Numbered from the stretch's first letter, positions 37,151-50,346 are shown. The stretch: 64,000 bases of DNA from Nemertoderma westbladi (GCA_032718475.1 JAUCBJ010004224.1:121081-185080); one strand, 5' to 3'. Numbers and translations are program-made. The notes: generated by a model not told the origin, from the sequence alone.

Positions 37151-40100
37151 CTGGCACCGAGTGTTCCCCAGTACGAGCCTGAAAAGGACTCGGAACGGGA
37201 TGCCACCCCTCGATCCAATAATCCATTCACGTCAACACCGAAAATCCGTAACCGCGTCATCATTAAAACTCCACCTCTCATCAATCCATCATGTATGGGA
37301 GAAAGCGTTAGTAACTATAATCCTCCTAGTCATCCCAGTTCGGACGATGTCGGCATCATCCGAGCATTGGAGAACCGCCTAGCTATGCCCAAGATGGAGA
37401 TCCGTACATTCGAGGGAGACCCCCCCGTTGATTATCTCGGATTTAAAAAACGGTTCTTTGCTCAGATCGGATCAACAGACATAACCGACGCGCAAAAACT
37501 GGTATATTTATCTCAATACCTATACCTGGGTGACAAACCACGCCGAATCGTTAAATGTTTCGAAGGAGGATCTCACGAAGCGTACCACGACGCATGGAAA
37601 ACTCTAGATAAAAGATATGGTAACATCGGAACTATAATCAATAAGACGCTTGAAAAACTGATATAGGATGCTGGATCCCTAGGGGACCCACAGAATATCC
37701 AAGAGTTTTCGGACTCAATGAAAGATGCTTACTACACTTTAAAACCATTGAACAAGGAGGGGCAAGTAAACAACATCCTAAACCTCCGACAGATTGCCCG
37801 GAAATTCCCCGGATGGTTGCAAAGCAAATGGGCGTATAAATGTGTCGATCTCAGACGCAGACACCCGGATCAGGATCCTAGTTTCCTCGAAATGTCGGCA
37901 TTCCTAGATGATATCTCCAAAGCCATGAACGACTTGATGTTCTCCAAGCAAAGTCTCTCCAAGTTAGACGGAATAGAGAACAACTCTAGGAGCAGGGCAC
38001 CCACTCCGAAACCGAGATTCCGCCCCCCTCCAGTGAGTACGATGGCCACCACCATGGCTGAGGATTCTGAAGACGAGGACTATGAGGAACCGACATCGGC
38101 TGAGGAATGGGCGTGTTATCTAGCGAATTGGGCACCCGAGAGGGAAGGCACCACAACCTTCCTTCTATGTCTCTTATGCGGGGAGAAACACAAGGTGGAA
38201 TTCTGCCGAAAATTCCAGTTCGCCGAACTCGTTCCACACTTCGAGGCAATAATGAAACACCGAGGATGCTTCCGGTGTCTTGGAACAGGTCACTACGTAC
38301 GGGATTGCGACCAAAGGTCATGCTGTACGGTTTGTAACGACCTACGACATCATACACTCCTCCACATTCCTGCAAATTTCGATTTCACCACCCTACCGTT
38401 CCGTATCGAATCCAAACGGAGAGGAGAAACAAATCACGTCTCCAAGGGTACCCGGATGATTCAGCGGAGGGAAACCAATCCGTTTAAGACAACCGCCGAT
38501 GTATCACATGTGACCAGTATATCAGCTACGGTCAATTTAATAAACCGCCATTATATGGTCTTCGCCAAAGTGATCCCGGTAAGAATCCAAGGGGTCAGAA
38601 AATCCTTAACAACACTCATGTTCCTCGACAACGGGTTGGACGGAACCATCATCGACAGGGATTTCCTTGAACAACTAGGCCTAGACTATGAACCTTGCAA
38701 GCTGCCCATACAGACTATAACCGACCATAAAGAAGTGGAGTCCGGGGAGGTACAACTCAAGATGGAAGGAGTTATTAAGGGTTACGAAACGGTCAAACTA
38801 ACAATCAAAAATGCTCTGGTACATACCGATCTCAGAGTGCGGTTCCGACAATCATCCGAATACGCACCCCTCATACAGTTAGACCGGGAAGATGTGGATC
38901 TACGATGCCCACCATTGGATGTGAACAGAATTACGCTATTAATCGGACTCGATACACCGGAATTACAAATACCGACCGGAGACATCGCCCGATCCGTAAA
39001 GCCGGACGACGGTTTCTATGCGGAGCGCACCATCATGGGATGGACACTCTGCAGCATCAAAGAGGAAACTAACGACACATATACATATCTTCCTAAATGC
39101 CAGATCAAAGAGAACGCAACATCTGTAGGTTACTGTTCAGCAACCGACCTGGACGAGGATTTATTCTTGGAAACCGAAAAAACCCAACAGGAGATGACAA
39201 AATATTTCAACTTAGAGACTCAAGAATTTGCTGTGAAGGATGAGAGTCCGTCCGAAGAAGATCAATATTGTATGGATGTTCTCGACCAGGCAACGTTCAA
39301 AGACGGACATTGGTGCTCGCCCTTGCTTTGGAAAGACCCAGATAGACCAATGGCAAATAATGCCAGCATGGCCCTTAGGAGGCTCAAGGGTATCTTACGC
39401 CAGTTAAATGAGCTACCTGAGATAAGAGAAATACAATAATGTGATTAAAGGTTATTTGGAAGATGGATTGGCGGAAATGGTGCCCCAGAATGAACTACAG
39501 GGGACTAGATGGACGTATTACCTCCCAACCCACTATGTGATGGAAGCCCGGAAGGGCGGTAAAATCTGGGTAGTAAATGATGCTGCGGCTATATATCAGG
39601 GTGAATCCTTGAACAGCCAACTTTACACCGGGCCCAACATCTACAGTACACTGATCGGCGTATTGATCAGGTTCCGAGAAAACAAAATAGCTTTCACATG
39701 TGATATCAAAGCGATGTTCCACCACGTCCAAACGCTACCACGAGATTCAGATTGCCTACGTATACTGTGGATGGATAAAACATTGAATCCACAAGAAATA
39801 AAGCGACTCACCTTGGAGGATGTGGACGTAATGCGCATGATTGTCAGAATCTTCGGCGCTAAGGACTCGCCGGTTGCATGTAGCAACATGTTGAAGAAAA
39901 CAGCGACTATGTGTGAAGACAAGTTCCCTCCGACAGTCATAGAGACCATCCGAAGATGTTTTTACGTAGATGACGGATGCGCTGGTGCAGATAATGTCGA
40001 CGATGCATATCAGCTGGCTATGGGAATGGTGGAATGTTTAAAGAGAGGAGGTTTCCCTCTTGTGAAGTTTAGATCCCATGATAAGGAACTTATGGAAAGG

Positions 40101-43100
40101 TTCCCGGAACAAATTCGGCTAGACGACAACAAAATGTATTCCGAGGGTGCGGATCACCGTGTACTCGGTATCGAATGGGACATAGAACTGGATCAGTTCA
40201 TCTTCAAACATAACCCCCTGCCCAAACCAATGACAAAGAGGGGATGTTTATCTGTAAAGAGCGCCATATTTGATCCATTAAACTTCATATCCCCAGTAAC
40301 ATTGGCCGGAATGAATTTGATCAAAGAAATGTGGATAGAAGGACTGGGATGGGATGAAGAACCCCCCCCCCCCCCCCCACACCTCAGTGCCAAATGTAAG
40401 AAGTGGATGGAACAACTCGAACAGCTACACCTCATGCGGATCCCTCGACCATTCTTCCTCAACAAACTACCCACCGATATATTCCAACTCCATACTTTCT
40501 CGGATGCATCGAATACCGGAATCGGCATAGTTACCTTCCTAAGAAGATTAAGTCAGGATGGAAACGGTGATACTACTAGGATTGGCATGCTGCATTGCAG
40601 CTGCATTTTTAAGAATGCTGTGCCGGCTTGTCAACAAAATTGCGCCGCCACAACTCCCTATCACCCATGACATTTGCTAGATCATCCGCATCTTTAAGGC
40701 CAGTGTCCTTTAAGATGCGTCTCAAGAAAGTCATGGGCTGTCCACCATGCTTATTCACTCCATGAGGCTGCCAAAGTACAAGATTATGCACTGGCTGGTC
40801 CTCACGGCGAAAGCAATGTCCTGCAAAGCGGAGGCGATTTTGTTCTAGTGTCAAGCTTGGGGGAACCAATGAGACACCTCCAATGTTATATAGTGTCTGG
40901 TTGGAGATGTGTGCATTGTACTTGACACAATGTACCCGGCGTAGCATTCTTGTGAATGTGCCATCCAGAGATTTGGTGTCCTCAGCAGTTAGAGCCCAGC
41001 ATGGACTCCCGTAGAGGAGTACTGGAACTACTGCTGCTCTAAATAATCGGACCTTAAGTTTCCGATTAATTCTAGGTGACTTCCAAATCCTGGAAAGCCT
41101 ATTCAAGGCTGCCCATGCCTTTCCCTTACGTATTCGAAGGTCCTCACCTGACTTCCGGATCCATGATCCCAGGTAACAGAAGTCGTCCACATGCTCAAGC
41201 ATACCATCCTTTGAGCTTATGCTCATCCGATCAGAGACTTGCTGAGGACTTTCAAAGTTAACTGTCAGAATTTTGGTTTTTCTGGAGTTAATAAAAAGAC
41301 CAACACTAGAAGCAGCATGTTCTAATGAGCTGAGGAGCCGCTGGGCTCCCTCTAATGATTCTGAGAGTACTCCTAAGTCATCAGCAAAGTCTAGATCAGT
41401 TAGGTACTTGGCAGGATTTCCTCGACTTCTGGAGCCAGTAGGTGGAGTTATCATCACCCCATCATCATTATGATGATCTAAGGACATGCGTAGAACATAG
41501 TCAACCACAATAATGAACAAGAATGGTGCAAGTGTGTCTCCTTGGAGGACGCCCCATAACACTTCAAATGGTTCTGTGTCACCATCAACAGTAGACACAA
41601 ATGTTGTCGAACCATCGTATACTGATCTGATTGCTGCAATAATTTCATCAGGAATCCCATATAATGAAAGTATGCTGAACATATGTGAGCGAGAGACTGA
41701 ATCAAAGGCCTTGAAGAAGTCAACAAAGATAACAGCCAGATGCCTGTCTTTCTTTTTTGATAACTCTTCAATTATCCTTCTAAGTGCCAAAATGGGCTCC
41801 ATGGTCCCACGACCTTTACGGAACCCATTCTGATTTCCACGTAGCAGTCTCTCAATGGGATCCCTGATGCGATTTAATAGAATTCTATTGTATAGTTTTG
41901 CAGCAATCGAGATCAATGAGATTCCCCGAAAAGAACCATAGAGTGTTAGGTTGCCCTTCTTGGGAACTGGCACCAACTTATTTGTTTTCATTTCTTGTGG
42001 GACTCTTGTTGTACGGTACATGTCTACTATGATGGGATAGATGAGCTTTAAACACTCAGGTATTTTAAAGACCTCAGGGGGAACACCATCTACTCCACTG
42101 GCACGATTGGTCTTAATGCTGTTTGCAGCAGCCTTCACTTCTGCAAAGGAGATATCGCCAATGGGAATATCTGGGAGTACAGACTCAGACACTTTTACTT
42201 CTATAAAGTTATCAGGCAATACCCTGTCATTATTGAGGAGCTTTTCAAAGTGGGCTTTCCAACCATTGAGGCGATCGGCTGGTGATTCAGCCTTAACCTT
42301 GGTGGTTGGTTGGCTTTTCCGCCCAGTAAGCAGATTGATCGATTTCCATGCCTGGGATGATTGCCTGCTGTCGTCAGCATCATTGATGGCATCAACCTGT
42401 TGGTTTATTAGCTCCTGTAGATTAACAGAGTACTGCCTGTTCAGGGACCTAGATGCAGCTTTAACTGCATTCTTGGCCGCTGTAGTCTGTTTGAGTCGGG
42501 ACTCTTTCTGCGCCTTATGAAGGTCATTTCGGCACTTCTGAATTTTGTTGTCAGTCCAGGGGGCCCTTTTCCTGTTTCGAGGGTATACAGGAACTGTTTC
42601 TGCAGCTGCTAACTTAACTGCTTCTGTAAAGGCAGTATAGCCCTCACAGTGATCTGCCGCCTCAGAGGCAAGAGCCTCATACCTGTTGCTCAGCTGTAGT
42701 GTGAAGCTGGATCTCACACTTGGCTGTTGCAACAGAGAGGACCAGTCATGCCGTGGCAAGGCAGATTTCGTTGTTCTGCTAGCACGCAGACTAAGTCTTA
42801 CCTTGGCCACAATAAGGCGGTGATCACTGGAGAAGGGTCGAAGTGTAAATGACGATAAAGTAAACGGTGATACGAGCTTCTTATTCTCCAAAGCCAAGAT
42901 GGTATCCGGGGAATTCATGGCAACAATCCCGAGACTCGAGCTGCAGGCCGCAATCTGGGCAGTGAGGCAGAACTGCATGATCATGCGGAACCTAAGAATC
43001 CCCATCGAACCGCAGCATTTCTGGGTTGATTCAAGTATTGTGCTTTACTACCTCCACTCACCATCACGGCGACACACCACGTTCGTAGCGAACCGAGCCA

Positions 43101-44902
43101 CGGAAATAAAACAATCTACCAACCGAGAACAGTGGCACCATGTAAACGGGAAAGAAAACCCAGCGGACTTATCGAGCAGAGGCGCCACCCCACTCGGTAA
43201 GAGTAAACTTTGGCTCACAGGCCCGGGGTTCTTAAAGCAACCACAACTAACCTGGAGCACCCGATTCGATCCCCGTGGAAATCTATAGTTGCCTGACCGA
43301 GCCCTCAAAGGACTCGGGCAGGCACTATAATGTTGCGACCACTACGCAACCAGCTGCGTCCTTACAACTATTGATAGAGCGAACCTCCTCGATGAGACGT
43401 CTTATCCACCACATCATGACTCTTCGCAACTTCCTGCGGTGGAAGGATAACAAACCGATAGTTCAATGAAGTATACAAGAACTCATTATGGTGGAGAAAT
43501 GTATTGTGAGATATGTCCAGAAAGAAAGTTTCCCCAATGAATGGGATCAGCTCAGCGCGGGCAAGATCTTGAAACCGGACAGCCCAGTCTACCAGTTGAG
43601 ACCCATGATGGGGGAAGATGGACTGCTCCGACTAAATACCCGGATAGCAAACGCCCCAGTCGAATATGAAGTCAAATACCCAGCACTTCTGCCCGGAACA
43701 TCAACACTAGCTAAGCTATTAATCCAGCAGTGTCACGAGGAAAACCATCACGAGGGCCAGAACTGGATTATGGCTAACATCCAGCAAAGATATTGGATCA
43801 CCCACATCCAGCCACTGATCCAAAAAGTCCTAAAACGATGTTTCCCTTGCAGATGATACCTAGCGCCACCGCTCACCCAAAGAATGGCTGACCTACCGGC
43901 TACACGGCTGCAATCCGATTCACCACCATTCTACGTAACTGGCATAGACTGTTTCGGACCATTTACAGTCATTGAGCGATAATCCAACATCAAATGCTGG
44001 GAGCCATTTTCACATGCCTTAGGTCAAGGGTGATTTACCTAGACCTCGTAGTAAACCTCACGCAGCACAGCACGCCTTTATCAACACTCTGCGGCGGTTT
44101 GTGGCGAACAACGGATCATGCCGGCATATGTACTCCGATAATGGAACGAACTTCGTGGGAGGAGAAAGGGAACTCAGAGAGGCTATCGAGGGATGGTTCA
44201 CCGACGAAACCGCATCCCAAGTCTGGAAGGAACACCATATACAATGGCACTTCCAAATGCCCTTAGCACCCCATACGAGCGGGGTATGGGAGAAACTCAT
44301 CGACTTGGTGAAACGATCCATGCGCGTCGCATTAGGGGATACCCGGGAAACCCACGACACCCTTCGCACTACATTCTGCGAGATCACGGCCACCCTGAAC
44401 AACCGGCCAATCGTACCTATCCACGATGACCCTACAGATCTGGAGCCTCTTACACCCAACCATCTACTTGGAAGACCCAAGGCCAATATTCTTCCGGAGG
44501 CAATGTTCCCAGATCCCAATGATATTGCGAGACACACCAACTGGAAAAAGGCTGGCAGCGCATTGGTGGAGAATCTGGGCCCAAGAGTACCTTATAACCC
44601 TCTGGACCAGGAGGAAGTGGAATAACACCTACCGGAACGTCACAGTTGGTGACATGGTGCTGGTCAAGGAAGACCTTAAAGACCGCGTCCACTGGCCTGT
44701 GGCGCGAGTCATGGAAATAACCCCAAGCAAGGATGGACTTGCGAGCACAGTGACGATACGGATGGCAAAGGGCCACTACCAACGCCCTATCCAGAGGCTG
44801 TGCCTTCTTGGAGGCAATGACAGTGGTGACTCCATGAGAGGTGATAAGTTCCCTACTCCGGATCCTGCTGCGGACATTGGTGACAATGCTAAACCCATTT
44901 AA
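37151..44902 (+). pseudogene. BEL/Pao gag-pol polyprotein, interrupted by an RTE at 40574-42861
   Basis: ORFs 37295..37666, 37718..39439, 39441..40670, 42899..43288, 43488..43856, 44101..44625 and 44426..44902; removing the RTE and one TSD restores QDGNGDTSFLFSKAK...TIPRLEL. Confidence 0.9.
40574..42861 (-). mobile_element. RTE family 1, young 5'-truncated copy with an uninterrupted RT frame
   Basis: 12-bp TSD AAACGGTGATAC at 40562-40573 and 42862-42873; short TAG tail; about 10 extra nt at the 5' junction. Confidence 0.95.
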
Positions 44903-45197
44903 ACCCTTCTCATCCTGTTGACAAACTCTTTTAAATATGATTTACTGACAATGAATAATGGACCCCCCTTAAACCAACTGTAACCACGCAATGGTATTTG
45001 TGTTTCCTCATGTGTTATGTGGAGTCCAGCATCACCCTGCAGATGTTTCGACTGACGCAGGGTACTTTATGTATTGTTCACCCTGATTTTGGTCATCGGG
45101 ACCAACTATATTGGATTATTGGAAATGGTAAAGATTTGAAGTGGAATTCATTGTATCCATTGTGTTGTATTGTGTTGTCCCTTCTTGTGCGCAGTTC

Positions 45198-45598
45198 GGG
45201 GCGTAGGCGGTGTAACTAGTCCAGCTGTAGATCCCGGATTGCCGCGCAACACCCCCTCTATCCCGTTATTCTGGTGGGTCCATGGTGCATCCACATGACT
45301 TCGTCGATAGAGGTTTTATGTTTCTCAGTCGTGTTATTCTGGTGGGACCATTGCGTGGATTTTGGGGCATAGGCGGTGTAACTAGTCCAGCTGTAGATCC
45401 CAGAATGTTGCGTAACCCCATCCCATATGGCTTCGTCGGCTGAGCTTTATGTTGTTGGGAGTGTTATTCTGGTGGGTCCCTGGTGCATTCCACGTGACTT
45501 CACTTCCAGCGTCTTCATTGTCCATTACGTGTGCGAGTTTGGGGCATAGGCGGTGTAACTAGCCCAGCTGTAGATCCAAGATTGCCGCGTAACACCCC
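45198..45598 (+). repeat. Three copies of a ~58-nt GC-rich hairpin-forming motif interleaved with a second motif
   Basis: GGGGCRTAGGCGGTGTAACTAGYCCAGCTGTAGATCC at 45198, 45364 and 45541; GTTATTCTGGTGGG three times. Confidence 0.85.
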
Positions 45599-46139
45599 TT
45601 CCACAACGAAAATTTCCCAAAGAAGATGGTTGAATGTAGTTTAGAAATGATGAAAAGAAACAGACAACCCTACTATAAACTGAACGATGACGCGTATGAT
45701 GATGAAAATGTAATGATGCGCACCCTGGTGATGCGCTTATAACAAATGATGATAGCCGGGGGGCTATAACGATAACCCCAATGAAATGTGGAAATAAATG
45801 ATGAAATGTGTAATAAATGATGAAATTTGGAAAGAAATAATGAAATGTACAATGAATAATGTAATAAGAAATGAAAAAAGACAAAAAAATGTAGAAAATG
45901 TAGAAAAGAAAAGAATTGGAAAAAGAAGAGGACATAAAAAGTCAAAAAACTGGTTGGATAATAATGTATAGCTATAGTAACTGTAAATACTGAATGTAGT
46001 AGCAATAAGATGGTAGATGCCTATATAGCAATAATAAACTGAATTACAAATAACTGAATTATTCTGCAGTCGCTATAGAATCAGACTTTCTGGATTTATA
46101 ATTAACTGATTTAAATTTGCAACGGACATAATTTAAAAT

Positions 46140-48727
46140 ATGGACTCAAATCGCCAAATTCTCGGCGAATTACGTAATACGCTCGATTTATTGGATTATC
46201 CACAGCCTGGATCTCCTAACTTTGATACGAAATGGAATGCCCTGTTAACAGAGACTGTGCGAGTCGTTAAATTCTCCGGGCGGGAGGAACCGGATTCCCG
46301 TAATCTACGAGAGCTCCGGTTGTCCGATGTTAGTACGAGCCTGAACCGGACTTGGAACGCATAGGCAACCAGAGGAGAGGAGTTGTCGTTCTGGGATACG
46401 TTCCGGCGAAGCATCTACAAATCCCGATGTTTGATATACGACAACGAGGGAAACGCGACGCCCACTTCGAAAGCAATTACGTTGGTGCGATGCCAAAGTT
46501 TCGTCGACGACAAGAGTACATACCTCGCCCACTGGGGAAACCTAGTGGAATGTAGGGCAGCTACGCTACGTGAAGAATGTATATCAGTCATCCAGAACCG
46601 CAACGACTACCAGGAGAAATATGGGTCAAAGGAATACAGTCGATCATTAGTTGTCGTCCTTGGAACCCTAGATGGTTTAGTGTTGATATGTCGAATCTTC
46701 CCGACACCCAAACAAGAGGTGCGGACAGCCGGAGCAGTCTGGCTATTACCACCAGAGATCCAACAGATCCTATTCGATTTCGATGTTATTAAGATTGGGT
46801 CAGATATAAAGGCGGATATCCGGAACGACTACGCTAACGCTACCTTCGGAAGAAACTGTTGAGAAGACCTTAACGCCATTAGTCACTTCATCGACACCCA
46901 AACCCTGTTAGCCTGGTTGCGATCCACAGAATTCATGCGTGGATTCTGGGAAGTGAGACCGACGAAATCCGGTATCGGCTACCTTGCGGTGCTAAACGGC
47001 AGTGTAGACTTTAAACCTCAGAAATTTCTGGACTATAATAAGTTATATGGTGCATACCCGGAATTAGAGATAAAGAATGAGCTAGACAATCGTTAGAGGG
47101 ACGTAGAAAGAAAGTGGACGATCCACCAAAAATGGGAGAATCCGGATCGACAGAACTTTATCAACGTCACAATGGAATCATATACAGTTGCCAAGTTCAT
47201 CTGCAAGACTCTCGATAAACTCATCAATGCAGTTCCTAGATCCTTCATCGACTATGAGTGGAATGAAGTTATCGACCACGCGTTCAAAGCGGTAGAGAAT
47301 ATCCCACTGGGAGATACAAAAACGCACAACGTTATCGCATCCTGGGATGATAACGGACCGTTCGACATCCCAACGATTATTGATCTCCTCGGCGCAGAGG
47401 AACCATTTATATCATCGGACGGGGAGGAATTATGGCTACAGGAAGGTGTCTTGCTATCCACCCCAAAATGACAACTTGAACCGGAAATCGCTTACGGACC
47501 AGCCGCCAAACGGGTCGCTGCGGCCGAACCTGCTACGGAGGTGGGCGTAACAACCCTGCTATAGAGTTGGTAACCACCTTCACGCTTAGCGATTTCGGCG
47601 ACACATGTCAGAGGTTGTTGTCTCCATATCTGTTCCCGGGAGGAGAAGACTGGTCTTCGGAGATCCCGAGTACCAGCTCCCAGTGGACCCGCTCAGCTAT
47701 ACAGGTTGCGAAGGGCCCCAGCGTAGCTCCAACCCCTGTAGACCTCCTCGAAATTCCTTTGGCGAACGCCCCGGCACCCCTTTGCCGACCGGCTGTGGCG
47801 ACGGCACCCTCCGTCCCACAAGACCCTATGAGACTCACCCGGTGGTACGCCGAACAAACCGAGTAGATCCACTGCCAGAAACGGGTGCCCGGGATGCGAC
47901 CGGCGGGATATAAGGAAGGATATCGTAGCGAGAACATACTCCGCAAAAGCCCAGCATTCCATGGGCTACCGGCTACTGCGATTATCCCCAAAAGTGACTG
48001 ACGGCTGGAGTATTACGCCGGCGTACCGATCCTGATATTCTTCGGCCGGGAGATGCAACTGGAGGTCTGCAGAAACTGCGGTTCGGAACAGTGTCCACGC
48101 GGCAGGAGACATCGGGTTACCGAGTCGTGTCTCCAGATCCTTGGGATACTTTACTGTCCCTATTGTGCTATATCGGGCCACGACGTATCGGTTTGTCCAA
48201 CCCTCTACAACCTCTGCACAAAATGCGGTTTCCGTGGGCATTCTGCAAGCCCCCGATGTAACATAAAGTATCCTACTAAGGACGCGACAGCTATGGGAAA
48301 TATGGTTATGTTTGAAACATATGCCAATAACCACGTAAAGACCAAAGTGCTTAGAAGCGCTCGAAATATCGCGCAAGAGATGGCGTGCGGATACTTCTCG
48401 TTCCCAGAATGCCTCCATACAACAGCGACGCTACCCTTCCATTATGTGGATTTACTATTGAGCACTGGATTATTTGGTCCCTTCGAGATCCTCAGACGCC
48501 TATACTCATACAAAGAAGCATTTGGTGATGGAGAGTGGTTTCTAGAGGCCCGCATCACCGAGTTAGAGAGACGGACGGACATGATACCGCTACCATCTAA
48601 AGGAAGGGCCACCAGGAGACAAGCTGCAGCGATGCTCGCGATGGACGATGATGCTCCCCTACCTGCACTGGCGATCGATGAGAGTAGACGGGCGAAGAGA
48701 AGGAAAGCGTATCAGAGTAAGAAATAG
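46140..48727 (+). pseudogene. Extra (env-position) ORF of BEL element 2: DEDD 3'-5' exonuclease-like domain + CCHC zinc knuckles
   Basis: 46140..46364, 46383..46862 and 47172..47471 are one frame: LIYDNEG (Exo I), LPPEIQQILFDFDVIKIGSDIKAD (Exo II), FIDTQTL, SGIGYLA; after a frameshift, CPYCAISGHDVSVC and CTKCGFRGHSASPRC. Confidence 0.7.
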
Positions 48728-48896
48728 AAGACCAGGATATTCTATGAACATTTATATCGAACATTTATTTTTTATATCTACATAAACTAACTCTAGGAAA
48801 AATTAATCAGGACTATGCAATATTAAAATTTGGGTTTTTTATATGGGAAATGACCTACGCAAACTCGATCTACCGATAGACCTCACGAAGGTCATT

Positions 48897-48904
48897 GGGG
48901 GGGA
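48897..48904 (+). promoter_or_regulatory. Polypurine tract of BEL element 2
   Basis: GGGGGGGA one nt before the TGTT LTR start. Confidence 0.7.
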
Positions 48905-48905
48905 C

Positions 48906-50346
48906 TGTTCGCGGTATTTCAACTTTTCATAATGCGAGTTGAATATTTTTCGGATTTATTTATAATGAATATTCCAATATCAGTACTGGGTGCAGGAACA
49001 TGGAATTTGGGTATATTCAATGGACTGGGGGCGATTTATGGGTGAATATTGGGGCAACTTACGGGGCATGGGACTCATATCAGATATTTAAGGGCCAAGG
49101 GTGGGATGTAAAATCAAGCAGTACTCAGGTTTACCTGATACTAATTAGGCCTAGCCAACTTCCTACTGCCTGTAGAGGTAGTTTTGGTAACCCACTAGGC
49201 CTAGGGACAAGGACTGCCCTTAGCGGTTCCTGGCCAACAGCAGTTATTACGAGCCTGAAAGGGATTCGGAAAGTCTGCTGATTGCATCAGGGATTTGCGA
49301 CGGGAACTGACAGACATATCCTTAGCAGTCCCTGGTCACTGGCAGTTATTACGTGCCTGAAAGGGACTCGGAAAGCTTGCTGACTGCACCGGGGACTTGC
49401 GACGGATCGACCGACTAGACAAAGGAAGGGTTCGAGAGGACTGCCTTCCTGGAGTGGGTTCCACGACCGGCGTTACTACGAGCCTGAAAGGGACTCGGAA
49501 AGCTACCGACAGTTGGCACTCACAACGGGCTGACAGACCCCTAGCCAAGCCGTACCGCTTTCCTGATGACCGATCCCTTCGGGGTTCGGGAAGGGTGGGA
49601 CGGACACGCAACAGGGTCGAAAGACAAAGGACCGGACTCTACTGGCCTACCGACTATTCGGAGCAGCTTCTCGGCTACCGAAGCGACTACGAGCCTGAAA
49701 AGGATTCAGAAAGCTTAGGTGGTTGGGACCCTGCGATGAACTGACAGACCCCTAGCCAAGCCGTACCGCTTTCCTGATGACTCATCCCTTCGGGGTTCGG
49801 GAAGGGTGGGGCGGACACGCAACTGGGTCTACCGACTTGACCGACCCTTAGCCAAGCCGTACCACGTTCCTGATGACCGATCCCTTCGGGGTTCGGGGAG
49901 GGTGGGACGGATACACAACAGGGTCGACCGACGCCGACACTACGGTACCGGGACTAGGACCGAGGGAAAATGGGGAACATTAGTTAGGTTAAAATCTAAA
50001 GCGAACAGTGGGTAATTAATTAATGTACTGTAGGAATTTATATGTTCGTGTATTATTGTGAATATTTGGTATATTGGTGTGGGGAAGCCCAAATTATTCT
50101 CAATCAGGGTTCAACTGTAGAAAAGGCTGCATTATTTGGTGTTCACTGTTCAAGGTTCAGTATCAAATCAAGGCTACATTAAAGATTATTTCCAACCAAT
50201 GCAACTTTTTCTTGACTGCAATCTTGCATCTCAGATAGGACTCCTTCTCCACTCCCAATATCCGGTGACTGGCCGGAATCCTGTGGTCTGAAAATTCCGC
50301 TTCCAGCATCGGCGTTTTCCCCATGGTGTCGGGAATAACGGCAACA
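48906..50346 (+). repeat. 3' LTR of BEL element 2 (~1.44 kb) with internal hairpin repeats
   Basis: TGTT...AACA termini, preceded by the PPT; ATTAAA at about 50178; no second LTR in the window to confirm the boundaries. Confidence 0.7.

Larger units (their letters stand above)
37150..50346 (+). mobile_element. BEL/Pao LTR retrotransposon 2 (5' LTR missing): gag-pol, extra ORF, PPT and 3' LTR
   Basis: Gag (MPKMEI..FEGDP, three Cys/His knuckles), protease FLDNG.DGTII, RT (V.DAAA, SLN..L..GP, DIKAMF, FYVDD), RNase H (FSDAS, TIPRLELQAA), integrase (SDNGTNFVG, G.WE..I, LN.RP); several stops and frameshifts. Confidence 0.93.

Noticed and set aside
40609-43005. 798-aa ORF as a complete RT gene with its own start
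   Set aside because: The first ~50 codons are antisense BEL RNase H sequence outside the TSD; the RTE is 5'-truncated.
49563-49600. LTR CUGAUGA hairpins as hammerhead ribozymes
   Set aside because: GAAG/GGAG instead of GAAA, wrong stem II closing pair and no stem I; kept only as structured repeats.
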